From IMG/VR virus record IMGVR_UViG_3300028008_000050: a stretch of DNA of 35,472 bases; one strand, given 5' to 3'. The notes under the pieces are model-generated. The model was not told where the DNA came from. It made no database searches and worked only from the letters and a program-made list of their open reading frames with translations. The position numbers and the translations under genes are program-made. Positions 31,047 to 35,472 of the stretch are shown here, piece by piece. Every line of letters begins with the position of its first letter. Within the stretch, counting starts at the first letter, position 1. The stretch is from a virus.

Positions 31047-31382
31047 ATGAGGATACTCCTGTTACTTGGACTAATCCTCGGAGTGTCGGCTTGTAGCACG
31101 ACACCTCCTTTGGGTAAAACTCAGATGCAGTATTGTGAAACAGATCAAATCATTAAAAAATCTAATGATAAAACTGTTAGCAGTGAAACGACACTTACCT
31201 GTTCAGACAGCCCAGTAAAGAAGTTGATTCCTCCTAAAATGGGATTAGGATCTAACTGTAGAGAACACTGGTATTCCGTTAATATTAATGGCAAGATGGT
31301 TGAAAGAAAAGGCTATGCTTGTTTATTCAAAGGAAAAGATTATGAGAGCTCTCGTTGGTATATTGTTGATAGCCCTTACTAG
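31047..31382 (+). CDS. lipoprotein
   Basis: MRILLLLGLILGVSAC|STT lipobox. 111 aa. Confidence 0.65.
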   Translation: MRILLLLGLILGVSACSTTPPLGKTQMQYCETDQIIKKSNDKTVSSETTLTCSDSPVKKLIPPKMGLGSNCREHWYSVNINGKMVERKGYACLFKGKDYESSRWYIVDSPY

Positions 31383-31770
31383 TGCATGTAGCACAACTGG
31401 GTCTGACGTAACAACTTCTCAAACTACTAATGCAAGTGTACAGTCAACATATCAGCCTAATAATGGATATGTTAATATATTAGTAAACGTTACTAAATGG
31501 CATTGGTATAGACTTCCAACTGAAGACCGTATGAAACAAGAACGAGCATTGTTCTTTGCACTAGATAACTCTGAAAACGGACAAACAACTAGTTGGTATA
31601 ATAATACTACAGGAACAAATGGTGTAGTACAAATATTATCTACATTCCCACAAGGGTCAGGTTATTGTAGAACTGTAGTGACACGTTTACACTACAAAAG
31701 TAAAGAACGAATCTTCAAAGAAATTGCTTGTAAAGAATCAGGACACCCAGGTTGGCGGTTTCAAACTTAA
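31342..31770 (+). CDS. lipoprotein, surface-antigen-like (COG4520/RT0821-type pattern)
   Basis: Start MRALVGILLIALTSAC|STT with SD AAGGA. C-terminal pattern SWYN..TGTNG....F..GSGYCRT......ACKESGHPGWRF. Confidence 0.6.
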   Translation: MRALVGILLIALTSACSTTGSDVTTSQTTNASVQSTYQPNNGYVNILVNVTKWHWYRLPTEDRMKQERALFFALDNSENGQTTSWYNNTTGTNGVVQILSTFPQGSGYCRTVVTRLHYKSKERIFKEIACKESGHPGWRFQT

Positions 31771-31828
31771 ATAGTAACTTAATTAACAATAAAAAGGCAG
31801 GTAAATAGTGTATACAAAAGGAAACCAT

Positions 31829-33793
31829 ATGTTAATAGGAATACTAACTTTTTTATCTGCTATATCTATATCAGCAGTAGCAATATATTACTCCATAGCA
31901 GGACTAGTGGCTATCTTTGCCGCGGCGGCTATACCTATTATGATTATGGGTGGTGTACTTGAAGTTGGTAAACTTGTTACCGCAGTATGGCTACACAGGT
32001 ATTGGAGTCAAGCAACATGGTGGCTTAAAACTTATTTAAGTATAGCTGTCGTAGTACTCATGTTTATTACAAGTATGGGTATTTTTGGTTTCTTAAGTAA
32101 AGCTCACATCGAACAAACAAGTGCAGGCGAAGAAAGCATTGCAAAAGTAGAACAAATTGAAAATGAGATTGTAAGACTTAATGCAGTTATTGATAGAGCT
32201 GATGATAAAATTGAAGCATTAGAAACTAGTGGTTCAGGTAGTGACGCTAACATACAATCACAGATTGATAAAGAACAAGATCGTATTGACAAAGCATTTG
32301 AACGTATCAAACCTGCTATTGAACAACAGAACAAAATTATTGAAGACGCTAGAGAAACTGACTCAGCACGTACTAAACCTTATGAAGAACAACTTGCAAC
32401 TATTAGTGCAGAAGTCCTTCGTTTAGAAGCTAGTGCAAGAGAGTACGAAGATAAGATTGCATCACTAGAACAAGATACAAGTGCAGTACAACCATTATTA
32501 GATAGTATTGATACTATTGAAGCAGAGATTATTCGTGTTACTAATCAACTACAATCAACAGAACAAAGCGAAGTAAGAGCAGGCCAGGCTATCATTGGTG
32601 TAAGTAGTGATGGACTATTTGGTGGCAACACTCGTTCAGCTCTTGCTAAATGGGTCAAAGCTCAACGTGATAGAATTACACAAATACAAAATGATGTATC
32701 TCAACTACGTGCTGATGCTAAGAAAACTGTTGACATGGAACGTTTCCGTTTAGGCAACGTAATTAAAGATATTAGAGAAAAACAAATACCTGCACTCAAA
32801 GAACGTGAACTTGTAATGCTAGGTAAGATTGACGAAGTACGTCAAACAGAATCTCCTGTTATACAGACAGCAAGAGATGAAATTAATAGACTACGTCAAA
32901 GTGCTGAAGATTCAGTTAAGAACAGTCAAGAACTAATTGAAAGACTACGTTCTCAATTAGCTGACACAAGTAATGCAGATGATATTGATGCACAAGTTGA
33001 AGAACAACTAGCTAAGATTAAAAATGCTGAAACAGAACTAGATACTATTATTGAAGAAAAATATAAACTACAAGGTGAGTATCGTCAGTTAGAAGCAGAA
33101 GTAGGACCTATCAAATACATTGCTGAATTTGTTTATGGCGAAACAGCCGATAACAATATGCTTGAAGAAGCAGTACGTTGGGTTATTATAATTATTATAT
33201 TTGTATTTGATCCATTAGCAGTATTAATGCTTATTGCTTCACAGTATACATTCCATTGGGTAAACAGTGGTAGTACAGGTGGAGGCGGCCGCCCAAAGTC
33301 AGACGAGGACGATCCACAAGACGATCCTGAGTTTGAAGATGTTAGCCCAGAAGAACTAGCAGAAGAAGAACGTAGGGAATACGAACAAGCAAGAGCCCAA
33401 GCTATTGCTGACAATGTTCCACCAGACTTTGAAAAAGAAGAAGAACCAACTAAGAGTGAACATAGTGATCAATTATTATTGTTCCCAGACATTGACCCAG
33501 AACCTGTAGTACCTACAAAAATTGAAACTCCTGAAGTAGTTGCTGACCCAAATCAATTAGAGCTTGACTTTAATAAAAAACCTAGTCAAGAAGAACTTAA
33601 TAACGAGATGATTGAAACGGACGATCTAGATAAATGGAATGACTGGGTAGAGGCCGCTAACAAAGAAGCTGAATTAGAAGTTACCCAACTAGGTGAAGGC
33701 GAACAAGGTACTAGACAAAAGCTACCTCAAAAAAAAACTTCGTACATAACCAAAGTAGAGAACAAACAAGTCAGACTCAAGACTCAAGAATAA
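31829..33793 (+). CDS. large membrane-anchored coiled-coil protein with a peptidoglycan-binding-like motif and an acidic tail
   Basis: 3-4 N-terminal TM segments, about 330 aa of coiled coil, GVSSDGLFGGNTRSALAKWV (PG_binding_1-like), a further TM (WVIIIIIFVFDPLAVLMLIA), and a D/E/P-rich C-terminus. Confidence 0.7.
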   Translation: MLIGILTFLSAISISAVAIYYSIAGLVAIFAAAAIPIMIMGGVLEVGKLVTAVWLHRYWSQATWWLKTYLSIAVVVLMFITSMGIFGFLSKAHIEQTSAGEESIAKVEQIENEIVRLNAVIDRADDKIEALETSGSGSDANIQSQIDKEQDRIDKAFERIKPAIEQQNKIIEDARETDSARTKPYEEQLATISAEVLRLEASAREYEDKIASLEQDTSAVQPLLDSIDTIEAEIIRVTNQLQSTEQSEVRAGQAIIGVSSDGLFGGNTRSALAKWVKAQRDRITQIQNDVSQLRADAKKTVDMERFRLGNVIKDIREKQIPALKERELVMLGKIDEVRQTESPVIQTARDEINRLRQSAEDSVKNSQELIERLRSQLADTSNADDIDAQVEEQLAKIKNAETELDTIIEEKYKLQGEYRQLEAEVGPIKYIAEFVYGETADNNMLEEAVRWVIIIIIFVFDPLAVLMLIASQYTFHWVNSGSTGGGGRPKSDEDDPQDDPEFEDVSPEELAEEERREYEQARAQAIADNVPPDFEKEEEPTKSEHSDQLLLFPDIDPEPVVPTKIETPEVVADPNQLELDFNKKPSQEELNNEMIETDDLDKWNDWVEAANKEAELEVTQLGEGEQGTRQKLPQKKTSYITKVENKQVRLKTQE

Positions 33794-33895
33794 GACCTGA
33801 CTTTACTGAAGTAATAGAACCAAACTATAAACAAAATTCAGAACAGAGCCAGAATAGTGTTTGGCAAACAATCCACAAGAATAAGTAATATTACT

Positions 33896-34327
33896 ATGTC
33901 TAAGCCAACAGTAAATCTAATTACCTCACCTGACAAGTTATTAAACGATAACCTTAGTTTCTTATTGCTTAATCCGTCTGTTACAGTTAAAGAACAATTT
34001 AACGATATGTTAAAAGAACTTTCAGACGCACCTATCAATTTGTATCTTTCGGAAGACGAGAATGACATTGCTTGGGTACTAGACGTTGCTCAAAGTGTTA
34101 ACTATATTATTATTGATATTGATAACACTAAAGAGTCGCAATGGATAATTGGTCATTTGTTAAGTTTTGATAAAACATATTACTTGACAAACCAGGCAGA
34201 GATGCAGTATAATATACTTAATATCAATAGAGTTTATGATATTAGACAGATAGCAGAAGGAGAAAACTATTTTGTCAAAGTACAGCAACGACAGGCCAAA
34301 GACGGGTCTAAAAGTAGAAGTGCGTAA
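33896..34327 (+). CDS. hypothetical protein
   Basis: Start taken at MSKPTVNL (ATG 33896). The track gives GTG 33857. Confidence 0.5.
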   Translation: MSKPTVNLITSPDKLLNDNLSFLLLNPSVTVKEQFNDMLKELSDAPINLYLSEDENDIAWVLDVAQSVNYIIIDIDNTKESQWIIGHLLSFDKTYYLTNQAEMQYNILNINRVYDIRQIAEGENYFVKVQQRQAKDGSKSRSA

Positions 34328-34511
34328 TGGTGACTTTGCAGGGGCTTTAAGAAAGTTCAAAAAGAAAGTTGCATTAGAAGGTGTGTTGATCGAATACAAA
34401 GAAAAACAACACTATGAGAAGCCAAGTTTAAAGCGAAAGAAAGCCAAGGCGGCTGGACGAGCTAGACACTTGAAAGCGATGAGAGAACGTAATAAAGAAC
34501 TAGGATTTTAA
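34272..34511 (+). CDS. rpsU: ribosomal protein bS21
   Basis: LKVEVRNGDFAGALRKFKKKVALEGVLIEYKEKQHYEKPSLKRKKAKAAGRARHLK aligns with bacterial S21 ([47 protein letters not shown]). TTG start, with SD AAGGAG (34257-34262) 9 nt upstream, inside the upstream gene. Confidence 0.8.
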   Translation: MSKYSNDRPKTGLKVEVRNGDFAGALRKFKKKVALEGVLIEYKEKQHYEKPSLKRKKAKAAGRARHLKAMRERNKELGF

Positions 34512-34512
34512 T

Positions 34513-35115
34513 ATGAGTTTAAAAGCTGACCTTTGGTTTCCATCGATTGTATTTGCAGGTTATGTAGAATCAATTGATAGAGATTCATTAAAACAAATTG
34601 CTCTTGCATGGCAGGCAAAAGAACCTAACCTTGGTGGCAACAGTAATATGAATGGTTGGCATAGTCGCAGTATTGAGAACATTAATTTAGTTGATCCTAA
34701 CTATGTGTTTGCTCTTAATACGTTTGTAAAAGAACTAGATGCACAAGTAGATTACTGTCGCAAAACTATGGGACTACCTGAATTAGAATTCCAAAACTTC
34801 TGGATTAACATTAATGGTCCGGGAGCATATCATACATTACACAACCACCAAGATGCTATGTTGAGTGGTGTATTTTATATAGACGTTCCTGCAGAGAATA
34901 TGGGTGACTTACAATTTTTTAGAGGCGATGATGCACAGTATTATATTCCAGATAACTTTGATTCATATAATACAATAACAAGTACAATGGCAACGTATCC
35001 TCCAAAAGACGGAATGATAGTAATCTTTCCTAGCTGGGTCAAACATCAAGTTAAATCAAACCAAAGTGATTTGCAACGGATTGCAGTCTCTTTTAATTAC
35101 GGAGTTAAAAAGTGA
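34513..35115 (+). CDS. 2OG-Fe(II) oxygenase (TIGR02466-like marine phage/bacterial family)
   Basis: NMNGWHS...FWININGPGAYHTLHNHQDAMLSGVFYIDVP...DGMIVIFPSWVKHQV...RIAVSFNY. Confidence 0.8.
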   Translation: MSLKADLWFPSIVFAGYVESIDRDSLKQIALAWQAKEPNLGGNSNMNGWHSRSIENINLVDPNYVFALNTFVKELDAQVDYCRKTMGLPELEFQNFWININGPGAYHTLHNHQDAMLSGVFYIDVPAENMGDLQFFRGDDAQYYIPDNFDSYNTITSTMATYPPKDGMIVIFPSWVKHQVKSNQSDLQRIAVSFNYGVKK

Positions 35116-35472
35116 GAATTGAACAAGACATTAAGTTAGACTATAAAGACGTACTGTTTAAACCTAAGAGATCAAAATTAGAAAGCAGACGTGATGTGGA
35201 TCTAACTCGTACATTTAGATTTCATCACGGTAATGAATGGACTGGTGTACCTATCATGTCAAGTAACATGGACGGTGTTGGTACATTTGAAATGGCCAAA
35301 GTATTACAAGAACACAAAATGCTTACTATTATGAGAAAGCATTACTCACTTGATGACTGGAAAGAACAGAGTCAAGGAGTGAAGATGAAGTATCTAAGTG
35401 TTTGCACAGGTACAGGAGTTATTTGGGATAAAGATGCAAAAGACTATGCTACTATGAAAGCAGTCTTAGAAA
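35112..35472 (+). CDS. guaC: GMP reductase, N-terminal fragment; 3' end lies outside the window
   Basis: VRIEQDIKLDYKDVLFKPKRSKLESRRDVDLTRTF...GVPIMSSNMDGVGTF closely parallels E. coli GuaC [29 protein letters not shown]. The GTG start overlaps the upstream stop. Confidence 0.85.
   Translation, partial: MRIEQDIKLDYKDVLFKPKRSKLESRRDVDLTRTFRFHHGNEWTGVPIMSSNMDGVGTFEMAKVLQEHKMLTIMRKHYSLDDWKEQSQGVKMKYLSVCTGTGVIWDKDAKDYATMKAVLE

Noticed and set aside
11843-33296. Three GCGGCCGC (NotI) octamers (about 11843, 27187 and 33287) in an AT-rich window, plus several GCGGCGGC strings.
   Set aside because: All fall inside Ala/Gly codon runs (AAA, KAAAAR, GGGGRP) of low-complexity proteins. Codon composition explains them, so they are not read as a repeat element or a restriction-related signal.

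Overview
This window is AT-rich and tightly packed, with many 1-14 nt start/stop overlaps. It reads as the accessory and nucleotide-metabolism region of a large T4-like marine myovirus (pelagimyophage- or cyanomyophage-like), not a cellular chromosome. That identity is an inference from gene content and promoter motifs.

Confident calls:
- Nucleotide metabolism: prs (5' partial), nrdA, nrdB, a glutaredoxin and guaC (3' partial).
- Other recognisable genes: iscU, a pyruvoyl AdoMet decarboxylase, a class-3 lipase, an HNH endonuclease, cspA, four paralogous 2OG-Fe(II)-oxygenase-like genes, a PD-(D/E)XK exonuclease and a beta-helix tail-fibre protein.
- RNA genes: tRNA-Trp, tRNA-Thr and tRNA-Gly.

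Most interesting signals:
1. A circularly permuted (two-piece) tmRNA gene with its own promoter. It has a G3:U70 Ala-type acceptor stem and a tag frame ending ...ANENFALAA followed by two stops.
2. A 100-nt tRNA-like gene with a GUU (Asn) anticodon loop and an oversized extra arm. It lies 6 nt downstream of an AsnRS/AsnA-like class II synthetase core that has no anticodon-binding domain.
3. A candidate -1 frameshift or slippage site (A_AAA_AAG inside an A9 run, plus a hairpin) leading into an ORF that has no start signals of its own.
4. A phage-encoded ribosomal protein bS21.
5. An envelope-directed gene set: a PAAR-M15 peptidase fusion, two proteins built from a novel ~45-aa repeat, a porin-like beta-barrel, three lipoproteins and a coiled-coil membrane protein.
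6. A ring-hydroxylating-oxygenase-like protein that lacks the Rieske ligands.
7. A PiT-like permease, a Pol-beta nucleotidyltransferase paired with a KxDG ligase-like protein, and candidate DNA-condensing basic proteins.

Transcription signals are unusually legible. There are at least 11 near-consensus TTGACA-N17-TATAnT promoters and a recurring ATAAATA late-type motif.

All functional calls come from motif reading by eye. No database search was run.
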